IMG/VR virus record: IMGVR_UViG_3300037067_009128
Coordinates: 53,326 to 117,325 of that record
DNA from: a virus
Taxonomy: Duplodnaviria > Caudoviricetes
DNA: 64,000 bases
Direction: 5' to 3' (one strand)
The position numbers and the translations under genes are program-made. The notes beneath the pieces were generated by a model. That model had not been told where the DNA came from. It did no database searches and saw nothing but the letters and a program-made list of their open reading frames with translations. Shown piece by piece: positions 1-9,478 of the stretch (position 1 is the stretch's first letter; every line of letters starts with the position of its first letter).

Positions 1-710
1 GATCCATCATCTTCAAAAAATATCCAATCTTGTTTTATTAGTTTTGTGATAGTATTCTTTACTGAACCGGTAACATCTCTTTTCTTTTGATAGTATATTT
101 CAGGTACAAAATGAAAATAACTACCTAATTTTAAATTAGTTTCTGAAGCAACATATCTTTGTAATAATGTATGGTGAAAAACATCATAAGGTAATAAATT
201 CATAACATCATTAACTCTCATATTAACATACACATCAAGTTCACCATTTCTGTTCATAAACTGTATTGTTAGTGTACAAGGTCTTCTTGGATAAAGATCT
301 CTAGTCATAAGATATTTATCATCCCATATATTTAGAATACATTCAGAATATCCTTTTTTAAGACGTTTTATAATAACAGGTAATTGAGAATTATAAACAT
401 CTCCATAACTATAACAAAATCCTTCAAAATCTTCTTCTTCATTTTTTAATTTTTTTGCCCAATTAGGTCTAAATTGATAAGCTGTTCCTGGATTATTTCT
501 ACTTTCTTTTTGAGAAAGACGATTAACTCCTTCTACAAAACACCAAGACCAATTCTTTCTAATAGATATTAAAGAATTACAAGGATTTGTTAATTCAAAA
601 AATACTCCTGGGTAACTCTTAAATTTTCCTACAATTTGTCCTGTTGATTCAAGAGTTTCTAAGATTTTTAAATATATATTATAAAAATTATTTTCTTTAA
701 GAATTAACAT
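1..710 (-). CDS. Thymidylate-synthase-fold protein, dCMP-type (Asp at specificity position), atypical; 3' end runs off the window
   Basis: Not in the ORF track. Hand translation from ATG 710 is open to base 1: MLILKENNFY...NNPGTAYQFRPNW...FCYSYG...RRPCTLTIQFMNRNGELDVYVNMRVNDVMNLLPYDVFHH...LGSYFHFVPEIYY. PC catalytic motif, QF..G.L and R..D follow the TS pattern. Confidence 0.85.
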   Translation of the reverse strand, partial: MLILKENNFYNIYLKILETLESTGQIVGKFKSYPGVFFELTNPCNSLISIRKNWSWCFVEGVNRLSQKESRNNPGTAYQFRPNWAKKLKNEEEDFEGFCYSYGDVYNSQLPVIIKRLKKGYSECILNIWDDKYLMTRDLYPRRPCTLTIQFMNRNGELDVYVNMRVNDVMNLLPYDVFHHTLLQRYVASETNLKLGSYFHFVPEIYYQKKRDVTGSVKNTITKLIKQDWIFFEDDG

Positions 711-1746
711 AATCAACCCAATTTGGATACATTTTTTGAAATTCTTCATGTAAAGGAATCATCAATTCCCTCATTTGAGGATGTGCAGCATTAGATGTTC
801 TCATATAAAAAATCCATTGCCATTCTTTCAGATTAGTAGTAACAACAATTTCCGTTTTTATATGGTGACTCAATTTACCTCTAGCTTGTTGAGGTTGAAG
901 ACCATAATTTATAGCATTTAAATATCTTGATTCATTAATTGCACAATCAAAGAAGAATTCTTTATCAATATCAGAACTAAACTCAAAATTTCTTTTTTCA
1001 CCTTCATGATATTCATGTTCAGATATGTTAACCCAAGGAGGTATTATATAAGTTAATTGATTTCCAAATTTATCTTTACTATAATTACAATATCTTGTAC
1101 TTTCTTGTGAGAATGCAATATTGTTACGATGTCTTACAAGTTCATGAGTAACTCCTCTATCACAAACAAAATTAACAGAAACACATTCATGAATTAACTT
1201 CTCATCAAATGTTAAAAGTTCAGTATTGTTGAGTTCAAAGAATAAGGTTTGATTATCTTTTTCATATGTATGTTTAATTACCGGAAAAGGTTCTTTGTTT
1301 ATTAAATCTTTAAAAAATAATGAGTATTTATTAATTAAATAATAATACAATTCTAAAAACATAAAATTATCTTCTATGTCATTTACTTGTTTAATATAAT
1401 TAAAAACATCAATAATTAAATTTCTAAATGCTCTTACATTTCCTGAGACAAAACATCTATGATAACTATGGGCTTTATCTCTTGAGAGTTTTAAATATTT
1501 TGTTGACATTCCATCATTGAATGTAATAAACCATTTATAGAATGCTGAATTAGTTATTGCAAAAATAAGATTATGATGTTCAAGAACTGAATAATGATTT
1601 CTTTCTTTTATTTTACTTATAAACTTAATATAACTATCATCAGTAATTAAACATTCAGATTGATAACAAACCCTTCCGCAATTTTCTATTTTTTTATAAG
1701 GGTTATCTTCTTTTATAATTTCAAAATAAGGTTTTATTAATCTCAT
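697..1746 (-). CDS. thyX: Flavin-dependent thymidylate synthase
   Basis: GRVCY, HYSVLEH, THELVRHR, SQESTRY and AHPQMR motifs. Confidence 0.95.
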   Translation of the reverse strand: MRLIKPYFEIIKEDNPYKKIENCGRVCYQSECLITDDSYIKFISKIKERNHYSVLEHHNLIFAITNSAFYKWFITFNDGMSTKYLKLSRDKAHSYHRCFVSGNVRAFRNLIIDVFNYIKQVNDIEDNFMFLELYYYLINKYSLFFKDLINKEPFPVIKHTYEKDNQTLFFELNNTELLTFDEKLIHECVSVNFVCDRGVTHELVRHRNNIAFSQESTRYCNYSKDKFGNQLTYIIPPWVNISEHEYHEGEKRNFEFSSDIDKEFFFDCAINESRYLNAINYGLQPQQARGKLSHHIKTEIVVTTNLKEWQWIFYMRTSNAAHPQMRELMIPLHEEFQKMYPNWVDYVNS

Positions 1747-1748
1747 GT

Positions 1749-1976
1749 TTATTCCTCATCATTTTCATCTTCTTCATCTTGAACTAAATATTCTGGCCAT
1801 TTACCAGAACTTTCATATTCTCTGACACAATCAATTGCATACTGTTCTATTTGTTTTTTCAAATCTCCTGCAGGTATGAGTTTAGATGAATTTACATTAA
1901 AACTAGCATTAGTATTGATCTTTTTATTGTCTAAAGACTCAGATGTTATTATAATTGATATTAAACATTTATCCAT
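1749..1976 (-). CDS. Hypothetical protein, acidic C-terminus
   Basis: ORF within the operon; AAGGAG upstream. Confidence 0.6.
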   Translation of the reverse strand: MDKCLISIIITSESLDNKKINTNASFNVNSSKLIPAGDLKKQIEQYAIDCVREYESSGKWPEYLVQDEEDENDEE

Positions 1977-1995
1977 TAAATTAGCTCCTTTTTAA

Positions 1996-2631
1996 TTAAT
2001 AATTACTTTCTTGTCGAAATTGATTTACTCTTGATTTTTGATAATACATATTAAGAATTTCAATAGGTTTCATTTTTAAAAATAAGATGTTAAGATATTT
2101 AATAAAAGCTTTTGATAAAAACGATTGATACTTGACAATATCTGTTGAAACATGAGTACATTTCCATGGTTTTATTTTTAAACAATTCATAGTTTTACCA
2201 AGGATTTTTATAAAATCTCTCAATTCTATATCAAGAGTTTCATCATCTAATAATTGAGCATCAAGATATTTATCATAAGGTTTAAAATCACAAAAAACTT
2301 CAGCATCTATACTTGATAATAAACAAAGTTCAACAATAAAATGTAAACCGTCCATCATTTCTTCTTTATAGTGTACTTCATCATGAAAATCATCTAAAGC
2401 TTCTAAAGCCTCACCAATTTCTTCAACAATTCTCCAAGCAAAATTCTTCAATAAATTCTGATCTTTACCATTATCTATATTACAAAATAAATTCTCTGGA
2501 TAATAAAATCCATTTTTAACTTCAATAGGTGCATATTTTATCGCTAATTCATGTTGACGTTTAAAGATCAGAGGAATTAGATCGATGGTATCTTTTTCAG
2601 AAAATTCTGTGGTATAATCATTAATATTCAT
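1996..2631 (-). CDS. Dimeric all-alpha dCTPase/dUTPase (T4 gp56-like, MazG superfamily)
   Basis: EEIGEA, EEMMDGLHF, KPWK and C-terminal KSRVNQFRQESNY motifs. Confidence 0.8.
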   Translation of the reverse strand: MNINDYTTEFSEKDTIDLIPLIFKRQHELAIKYAPIEVKNGFYYPENLFCNIDNGKDQNLLKNFAWRIVEEIGEALEALDDFHDEVHYKEEMMDGLHFIVELCLLSSIDAEVFCDFKPYDKYLDAQLLDDETLDIELRDFIKILGKTMNCLKIKPWKCTHVSTDIVKYQSFLSKAFIKYLNILFLKMKPIEILNMYYQKSRVNQFRQESNY

Positions 2632-2645
2632 TTAGTTTATTCCTT

Positions 2646-3554
2646 TTATAAAATTGTTTGAAGTTTACTGGGAATCATTGTAGATTTTAATGAGTGCAAT
2701 GATGATATAAATCCGTCATTTCTTAAACTATCTATTAAATCTTTACTATTAATAGCTTTAATTTCATATTCAAAAAGTTTATTATTAAGTAAATACAAAT
2801 TAGGTTTTGGTAGAATTAATTCATCGTCTTCAATAGATTTAATTCTATTATCATGATTTTTTAAATCAATCAGTCTTATATTTCTTTTAACATTTTCAAT
2901 TTCAGTAGGATACATTGATTCTAATGTTTTTAATGGTTCAATTTCACCATTGATGAATCTACATGTTTTAACTTCACCAAATCCTTTTATTCCTTTAATA
3001 TTATCTGATGTGTCACCTAATATAGATAAGTACAAAATAAACTGTTCTTTTGAAACTCCATATTTAGTTTTAATCATATCTTCATCATACTTAATTAAAC
3101 CATCTTTTGGATGGGGTCTTAAAACTTTTATATTATTTTCATCAGAAATTAGTTGTAATAGATCTTTATCATTTGATATAATTGTAATATCTTTTTGAAA
3201 TCGTCTTACAAGATACTCAATACAATCATCAGCTTCATATTCATCCTTTCTTATTTGAGGTATTCCAATTAAAGTACATAAATCTTTTACATTATGAAAA
3301 CACTCAATCATTTCTTCATTAATTTCTTTTCGCTTTTCTTTGTATTGGGGGTATTCTTTTCTTCTCCAATTTTTATCTTTACTACCTTCCCAAGCAATTA
3401 TGAATTTATCTGTAACTCTTGCATAAGAAATTAACATATTAAAAAATCCATAAATACCACCTGTGTGTATTCCTTTTGAAGATTTGAATTTTGAGAATAC
3501 GTGATACGCTCTATATGCTAAATTAGCACCATCTATAAGACAAATATTAGACAT
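2646..3554 (-). CDS. 5'-3' exonuclease / flap endonuclease (PolI N-terminal, T4 RNase H-like)
   Basis: IDGANLAYRAY, YEADD, SNDKDLLQL, LGDTSDNIKGIKGFG. Confidence 0.93.
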   Translation of the reverse strand: MSNICLIDGANLAYRAYHVFSKFKSSKGIHTGGIYGFFNMLISYARVTDKFIIAWEGSKDKNWRRKEYPQYKEKRKEINEEMIECFHNVKDLCTLIGIPQIRKDEYEADDCIEYLVRRFQKDITIISNDKDLLQLISDENNIKVLRPHPKDGLIKYDEDMIKTKYGVSKEQFILYLSILGDTSDNIKGIKGFGEVKTCRFINGEIEPLKTLESMYPTEIENVKRNIRLIDLKNHDNRIKSIEDDELILPKPNLYLLNNKLFEYEIKAINSKDLIDSLRNDGFISSLHSLKSTMIPSKLQTIL

Positions 3555-3989
3555 TTATTTCCATATTATTGTGTTAGATTCATTAAGTATAACTTTATTA
3601 TTTTGAACGAGTTCTTTAACAACATTTTTAACTCGTATTCGAGATGATTTTCCTACTTCAGAATAGCCAAATTCTTTATCTACAGCTTCTATAACAGTTT
3701 TTGTAGTTATTGGGGATTTTTGTTGAATATAATTTATTATCCAATCTTTTCTAGATTCTTTTGAAGTTTTCTTTTTATATTTTTTAATCTTATAATCTTC
3801 AGTTATTTTATATTCTTCCATTGTTTTCATGTACTGATCATATGTAATTTCTAGTAATTCTTCTCTAGATTCAATATCATTTGGAATTGTCATTCCAAAT
3901 TCTTCTTTTACTAATTGTTTTACTTCTTCTAATGAAGCATCAGATTCTACTAAAACCTTTCTAAAACTCTCTTTTGGTATAATATTCAT
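3555..3989 (-). CDS. Putative DNA-binding protein, C-terminal winged-helix-like
   Basis: Helix-helix-helix plus beta-hairpin pattern (WIINYIQ...VKNVVKELVQNNKVILNESNTIIW). Confidence 0.45.
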   Translation of the reverse strand: MNIIPKESFRKVLVESDASLEEVKQLVKEEFGMTIPNDIESREELLEITYDQYMKTMEEYKITEDYKIKKYKKKTSKESRKDWIINYIQQKSPITTKTVIEAVDKEFGYSEVGKSSRIRVKNVVKELVQNNKVILNESNTIIWK

Positions 3990-4022
3990 ATTTAGTCAAA
4001 ATTAGTGGGAAAAAATTTTATA

Positions 4023-4040
4023 CAAAAATAAATCATCATT
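4023..4040 (-). promoter_or_regulatory. GA-N5-TAWWTTTR promoter motif
   Basis: AATGA-tgatt-TATTTTTG on the minus strand, upstream of 3989. Confidence 0.5.
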
Positions 4041-4416
4041 GAATTAATTTCTCTTGTTCTCTTTGTTTCTCATATTGTACTTCTTTTATATCTAAGTATA
4101 CATCTTTAGCTAAATTCCAATTTGGATCATCAGATTCTTCAAGTCTTTCAACTTCTCTTTCTATTAAAGTCATTAACCATTTAGTAAATGATTTAAAATT
4201 TATAAATTTAATATATATTGTAAAAGTTTGAAACATATCAATATGTTGATTTGATATGTATGCTTTAACTGAAGCATTTCTTCCATGTTTATAAAAGATA
4301 TTACTTCCAGGAATCCTAGTATCTTTTATACCATATCTTTTCATTACATCTTTATATTTATACTCTCTCATATTTATCCATTCTTTTAATACCATTACTA
4401 TTAGGACTACCTTCAT
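4036..4416 (-). CDS. Hypothetical protein (likely start ATG 4371)
   Basis: ORF in the minus-strand operon. Confidence 0.55.
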   Translation of the reverse strand: MKVVLIVMVLKEWINMREYKYKDVMKRYGIKDTRIPGSNIFYKHGRNASVKAYISNQHIDMFQTFTIYIKFINFKSFTKWLMTLIEREVERLEESDDPNWNLAKDVYLDIKEVQYEKQREQEKLIQ

Positions 4417-4693
4417 TAAAATTTATATAAAACCATCCAGTTTTTACTAATAATTTATGATACCATCTAATTATATATCTTCCATCATATCTAGGACCTA
4501 AATGTATATAATTTTTATCAAGTTTCATAACATTGTAATTCGGATCTACATTTGTTAAAATTTTACATTGATTAGTAGATAAACGATTTAACTGTATTAT
4601 TCTCAAACCTGGGAAATACTCTTCTTTCATACTTGAATCAAATAAGTATCCTGGATGGATCATATAAATCTTTTTATGTTTCTTTTTAACCAT
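4358..4693 (-). CDS. Hypothetical protein
   Basis: ORF overlapping the helicase stop; GAGG upstream. Confidence 0.55.
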   Translation of the reverse strand: MVKKKHKKIYMIHPGYLFDSSMKEEYFPGLRIIQLNRLSTNQCKILTNVDPNYNVMKLDKNYIHLGPRYDGRYIIRWYHKLLVKTGWFYINFNEGSPNSNGIKRMDKYERV

Positions 4694-6206
4694 TTAAAAC
4701 CTCTTCTAGTTTATTTTTTATTGATACTAAATTATTTACCATAAAGATTTCTGAATGTTTAACTGATTGATAAATTTTTAACCTTTCTTTTGATTGTTTT
4801 CTAAAATATCCTACTTTTGTTTTCCATTGATCTGTGATATTATCTTTAAATTTATGTATACCGTCATCATCATAAAAATCAAATATAAAAAGTTTATTTT
4901 TTCCTGTGGAATAGTCTATTCTTTTTCCTCGTCCAGTCTCTTGTTTAATTCTACCTTCAGCTTTTATACCTCCAGCTCTTATAACACAATCAATATTAGG
5001 GATATCTACACCTTCTTTAGAAACTGTTGTAAGTAATACTTTAATCTTACCAGATTTTAAATCATTATAAATTTTTTCTCTTTGATTATCTGATTTAGTT
5101 CTTTTAGTATCACCTGTAATAAACTGATAACCAGAATTTGAAAATAGAGTCTTTAATTGAATTTGTTTACTATCCATCATTACAAGTGTTGAAAGATTTA
5201 ATTCTTCAAATATTTTAGCTACTTTAAGGATTATATCATTTCTTTCACAATTTTCTAATAATCCTTGAAATCCTTCATGATAATCAGAATTGTATTTGTG
5301 GTTTAATTGATATAAAAATATATAACTTTTACTTAATCTTCCTTTTGAAATTAAAGTATCTTCTTTAATTTCATCAATCATATTACCTGTTATAGCTCTT
5401 AAGATTAATTCATTATCACCTGGTGTAGCTGTAAATCCATATCTATAGTATGCATTACAATTCATAGCTACTTTAAAGTAACCATTTGGTGTGTATAGTT
5501 TAGAAGTTTTATCTTGTTTAATACCAGCATGATGTCCTTCATCTAAAAATAAATTATCAAATTGATTAAACCAGTAATTTTGTTTTAACCTATCAAAATT
5601 AGTATTCAAAGTACTAATACTTGCAACAAAAATAAAATGATCTTTATCAACATTAACAATACTTTGGTTTCCTACAATTTCAATAACTTTTTGATTTGTA
5701 GCTTTTTGAATCTCTTTTGAAACTTGAGAAACTAAATCAATTGATGGTTCTATTATTAGAGATGATCCACCTAATTCACCTAGTAAACTTATTAAAATAG
5801 CAGTTTTTCCAGCCCCAGTAGCAGCTTTGAAATATCCTCTTTCACATTCTAATCCTTTAAGAATCACTCTTACTTGGTCAGAATCTAAATCAAATGTAAA
5901 TCCATAATCAATCCCTTCACTTTCTGGTTTTATTCTTTTGTCTTCAACTTCAATGTCATCTTCATTTATAAAATTAAGTTTGTCAAGTATATTCCAAAGT
6001 AAACCTGTTGGAAAATGATTTGAATTATACAATGCATATTCTTTATTAACAGCATGAGAAGCTCCTGCATATCTTTGAAATGTTAAGAACTTATGAAGAC
6101 ATTCATGGTTTATTACTTGAATTATCCTTGAGGCTTCTCCAACTCCACATTTATTTGAAAATTCAAAATTAGTATAATAATTATATAAAACGAATTTGAT
6201 TTTCAT
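4686..6206 (-). CDS. Superfamily 2 DNA helicase (UvsW/ResIII-like)
   Basis: ATGAGKT, LDEGHH, GFTATP, EGVDIP, QETGRGKR. Confidence 0.92.
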   Translation of the reverse strand: MKIKFVLYNYYTNFEFSNKCGVGEASRIIQVINHECLHKFLTFQRYAGASHAVNKEYALYNSNHFPTGLLWNILDKLNFINEDDIEVEDKRIKPESEGIDYGFTFDLDSDQVRVILKGLECERGYFKAATGAGKTAILISLLGELGGSSLIIEPSIDLVSQVSKEIQKATNQKVIEIVGNQSIVNVDKDHFIFVASISTLNTNFDRLKQNYWFNQFDNLFLDEGHHAGIKQDKTSKLYTPNGYFKVAMNCNAYYRYGFTATPGDNELILRAITGNMIDEIKEDTLISKGRLSKSYIFLYQLNHKYNSDYHEGFQGLLENCERNDIILKVAKIFEELNLSTLVMMDSKQIQLKTLFSNSGYQFITGDTKRTKSDNQREKIYNDLKSGKIKVLLTTVSKEGVDIPNIDCVIRAGGIKAEGRIKQETGRGKRIDYSTGKNKLFIFDFYDDDGIHKFKDNITDQWKTKVGYFRKQSKERLKIYQSVKHSEIFMVNNLVSIKNKLEEVLNG

Positions 6207-6592
6207 TATGCTTTAATACAAAGTAATGGTAGTAATCCAGTTAATGACCACCAAGAACCACTGCTAATAAAAAATACACTTGTTAATAAAACTGCTCCTA
6301 CAATTAAACAAATGTCAATAAGTTTATATAATTCTTCTTTACCAGAAATGTTGTGGTGATAAATATGAATCATTTCTTCATCATTTGTTTCATTAAGATT
6401 ACTATCAATCAACTTACCTGTATTATTGACAGGTTCTCCTCCTAAAAATTCTTCCATAGAATCTGCAAAAGTTTTTTCTCTTTGTTGATTTTTATCCATT
6501 ATACCTCCTTGGATTTTAGCATTTCTAATTATAACACCGTCTTCAGATGGCTTTTTAAAAAATGTATCATCAACTTCAATATCTTTTTCCAT
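6206..6592 (-). CDS. Hypothetical membrane protein
   Basis: Hydrophobic C-terminal segments. Confidence 0.6.
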   Translation of the reverse strand: MEKDIEVDDTFFKKPSEDGVIIRNAKIQGGIMDKNQQREKTFADSMEEFLGGEPVNNTGKLIDSNLNETNDEEMIHIYHHNISGKEELYKLIDICLIVGAVLLTSVFFISSGSWWSLTGLLPLLCIKA

Positions 6593-6625
6593 TTTATACC
6601 TTTATTTAATGTTTAAAAATTATTA

Positions 6626-6643
6626 CAAAATTAATACTTCTTT
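6626..6643 (-). promoter_or_regulatory. GA-N5-TAWWTTTR promoter motif
   Basis: AAAGA-agtat-TAATTTTG on the minus strand, upstream of 6592. Confidence 0.55.
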
Positions 6644-7265
6644 AATCCTTAAATAAGGCATCTAGGATTTCTTTATCAAGTTTATTATTTGACACTGTTT
6701 TGATTATTTTAACTAATTTTGCAATACCATTTCTACGTTTAGCTCCTAATATTTTAGCAATAGTTGTTCTTGAAGCATCGGGGAATGCTAATCTAAGTTG
6801 AAAAGTTTTTCCAGCTCTTTTACTTACACTAAAAATTATATCATGTAATCTGTGTATATCTTCTATAAATCTTTCATCAATTTTAATTTCACCACTGTCG
6901 AAAACATATTCTTCAAGATTCTCAATTTCTAAATTAGGATCCATTCTTGAATTACAAGTATTTTTTCCTTCTTTATCTGTTTTATTTATCTCTCTTATTA
7001 CTCCTTGTTTAACTATGTGGTATACCCAACCTAAAGCATTGTCCCATCTATTCTGGTCGAATTTGAGTATAGCTTTCCAGAATGATTCAAATGCTATAAT
7101 TTCAATATCACTTTCTTCAAATACTCCATGTTTATCATGAAAGTTTTTCAATCCAAAATATTTTTTTATCTTTTTAAAATAAAACTGTAATTCACAATCA
7201 CTTGGGGATTTTTTATAATTCTCAATAAAAAGTAATAAATCTTCATTAGTTATTAGGTTTTTCAT
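6642..7265 (-). CDS. Phage sigma-70-family RNA polymerase sigma factor
   Basis: Region-2-like ESFWKAILKFDQNR...WVYHIVK and C-terminal HTH SRTTIAKILG. Confidence 0.7.
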   Translation of the reverse strand: MKNLITNEDLLLFIENYKKSPSDCELQFYFKKIKKYFGLKNFHDKHGVFEESDIEIIAFESFWKAILKFDQNRWDNALGWVYHIVKQGVIREINKTDKEGKNTCNSRMDPNLEIENLEEYVFDSGEIKIDERFIEDIHRLHDIIFSVSKRAGKTFQLRLAFPDASRTTIAKILGAKRRNGIAKLVKIIKTVSNNKLDKEILDALFKD

Positions 7266-8976
7266 CTTTCTTTACCTTTTTAAACTCAACTTGTCTCATT
7301 TGAGTATTGATAATTTTTAAACATTGTGGATTGATATTTAATGCAACGTTTACTTGAGGCCCGTTACTTTGCTTTGCTATGTTAACTTCTATTGCATAAT
7401 TTAATAATGTAGTATCATAAAAATTTGGATAATGTAATAACATTACTATTCTAGCAAATTCTTCATAAGCTCCAGAATCTTTTAATTCCCATAATGATGG
7501 ACGAGGATCTTTTTTCTTTTCACTATTTCTGTTAATTTGTACTAATAAACAATAATGTTGTTTAAACTCTTTTGCCATTGTTAAATACCTAACAAGAGTT
7601 GCACTTACTTTTTGTGCTTTAAATTCTGGAGAATCACCTACTCCTTTTAATCTATCAAATAAATCAAAGAATACAACTTTTACTCCCTTTTTAGCTAACA
7701 TCCTCAATTCGTTTCTCATTTGATTTTCAGATTTATTTGTACCTTCAAGTAAATGGTAATTCCATTTAGATTGAATCTCCCAAGCATTTTTTAACTTTTC
7801 TAAACGGTTATCAGATTTTAACCAAGAATGACTACCAACAATTTCTTTTATAGGAATACCAGAAATGATTGAATCAATACGGTCCGATTCTACTTCCATA
7901 GTTTGTTCAAGAGCATAACTTGCAACACCAGTTCCGAGGTTACACATATTAGTAATTAGATTCCCTTTAACAAGTGAATTATGAACTAATATATTATTAG
8001 CAATGAAATTTGAATTTTTTAATAATGTTAAATCATATGTATCATCAATATCAGTTAAATCTATAGATTTAATAGGTAAAAATATAAAATCAGATTCTAT
8101 TAATGCTATTAAATCTTCATTAATACTTAAATCTTTTAAAGATTTCCAACCTGTTTTAGTTAAAAATAAATGATTATTAGATGCTTCTATTTGATATCCT
8201 ATCTTAGATAAAACTATTTTATACAATTGTTTTTTTCCAGAATCAATCTTATCAATTACTCTATCTAATTCAAGTTTATCATCATTGTTTTTAGTCCAAA
8301 TTAAATCTCCTACTTTAATATTTCTCAATTCAATTAATCCATGATTTGTATTGATTAATGAATTCCCTTTTAAACATTTCCCGTTACTTGGACGGCCAGC
8401 AACAATTGATATTTCACCTTCTTCAAATTTATAAGTAAGATTATCATCAATCTCTTTAATTCCACAATAAATTGAAGTTTTTGATTTCCTATCTTCTAAA
8501 GTCTTTATCCTGAAATCAGTATAAGTATCACCCGTAATATATTTTTCATCTAAAATTGATGATGAATTCTCTAATTTGAAATCTTTTATTAATTGTTGGT
8601 AAGGATCTGGGTCATTTTTTAATTTTTTGATAAGAGATTGGCATTCATCTATTGTTTTTCTTCTATCATGCCTATCAATAAGAAGTTCAATAAGACTGTC
8701 AAGTTTTTCTGGTATGAAATATTTATCTTCAATTGATATAATCTCATCTAAAGATAATACATCCCCTATTAGTGATAATTCACTTTTAACAGTATAAGCA
8801 TTAACATCTAAATTCTTTTCAACTAAATTAGAAATTGCAATAAAACAAGTTCTAAAATCAGGTTGACTAAAATGATCATCTGTTAATTGAGAGAGTATTT
8901 TTTGTCTAGCTTCATCAAAAGATATACTTAAACCTATAACTAATTGCTCATTTATTCTATCATTACTTATATTCAA
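7246..8976 (-). CDS. dnaB: DnaB-family replicative helicase containing a mini-intein
   Basis: N-terminal DnaB domain, AGRPSNGK|S Walker A, ALEQ, QINR, RPSLWELKDSGAYEE, IAKQSNGP. Confidence 0.92.
   Translation of the reverse strand: MNISNDRINEQLVIGLSISFDEARQKILSQLTDDHFSQPDFRTCFIAISNLVEKNLDVNAYTVKSELSLIGDVLSLDEIISIEDKYFIPEKLDSLIELLIDRHDRRKTIDECQSLIKKLKNDPDPYQQLIKDFKLENSSSILDEKYITGDTYTDFRIKTLEDRKSKTSIYCGIKEIDDNLTYKFEEGEISIVAGRPSNGKCLKGNSLINTNHGLIELRNIKVGDLIWTKNNDDKLELDRVIDKIDSGKKQLYKIVLSKIGYQIEASNNHLFLTKTGWKSLKDLSINEDLIALIESDFIFLPIKSIDLTDIDDTYDLTLLKNSNFIANNILVHNSLVKGNLITNMCNLGTGVASYALEQTMEVESDRIDSIISGIPIKEIVGSHSWLKSDNRLEKLKNAWEIQSKWNYHLLEGTNKSENQMRNELRMLAKKGVKVVFFDLFDRLKGVGDSPEFKAQKVSATLVRYLTMAKEFKQHYCLLVQINRNSEKKKDPRPSLWELKDSGAYEEFARIVMLLHYPNFYDTTLLNYAIEVNIAKQSNGPQVNVALNINPQCLKIINTQMRQVEFKKVKKDEKPNN
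7978..8376 (-). mobile_element. Mini-intein (133 aa) in the DnaB P-loop
   Basis: Starts CLKGNS directly after GK; block B SNNH; block F TYDL; ends ILVHN with Ser+1; too short for a homing endonuclease. Confidence 0.92.
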
Positions 8977-8980
8977 ACGT

Positions 8981-9478
8981 TTATTTCCTCAAACTTATCA
9001 TTAATGTATTATATTCTAAGAAGTTTTTTATAATAACTGGGGCTAATTTGATTGATTCTTTATAAGATATATTAATAATAATGAGTTTAGTTCTCATTGA
9101 TAACGTATCTAATAAATAAATAAACTCTCTCTTCTGATCATCTGTAAATAAACCAAAATCAACATAATCTAATAAAACAATATCTATATCAGTAAATGAT
9201 TTTAGTAAATTAAAATCTTTAATACAAGAAATTCTTAATGCTCTTGTATTAATTTTATTATTCTCTATTAATTCAGAAACTAAAATGTTAAACAAACAAT
9301 TACCTTGAACTATATTACCTTCAATTCCTATTACTTTATAGTTTTGATTAGGAAATTCATCCACAACTATACTGAGTTTATCTATTGCTTGTTGTGATAT
9401 TAAATCTGGATTAAATTCTATATCGCAATATTTCATTCCCCATTGATTAAACCTAAATGTTAATTCTTCTTTTGTCAT
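8981..9478 (-). CDS. Degenerate DnaC/IstB-like helicase loader
   Basis: Position between initiator-like gene and DnaB; Walker-B-like IVLLDYV; no intact Walker A. Confidence 0.45.
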   Translation of the reverse strand: MTKEELTFRFNQWGMKYCDIEFNPDLISQQAIDKLSIVVDEFPNQNYKVIGIEGNIVQGNCLFNILVSELIENNKINTRALRISCIKDFNLLKSFTDIDIVLLDYVDFGLFTDDQKREFIYLLDTLSMRTKLIIINISYKESIKLAPVIIKNFLEYNTLMISLRK

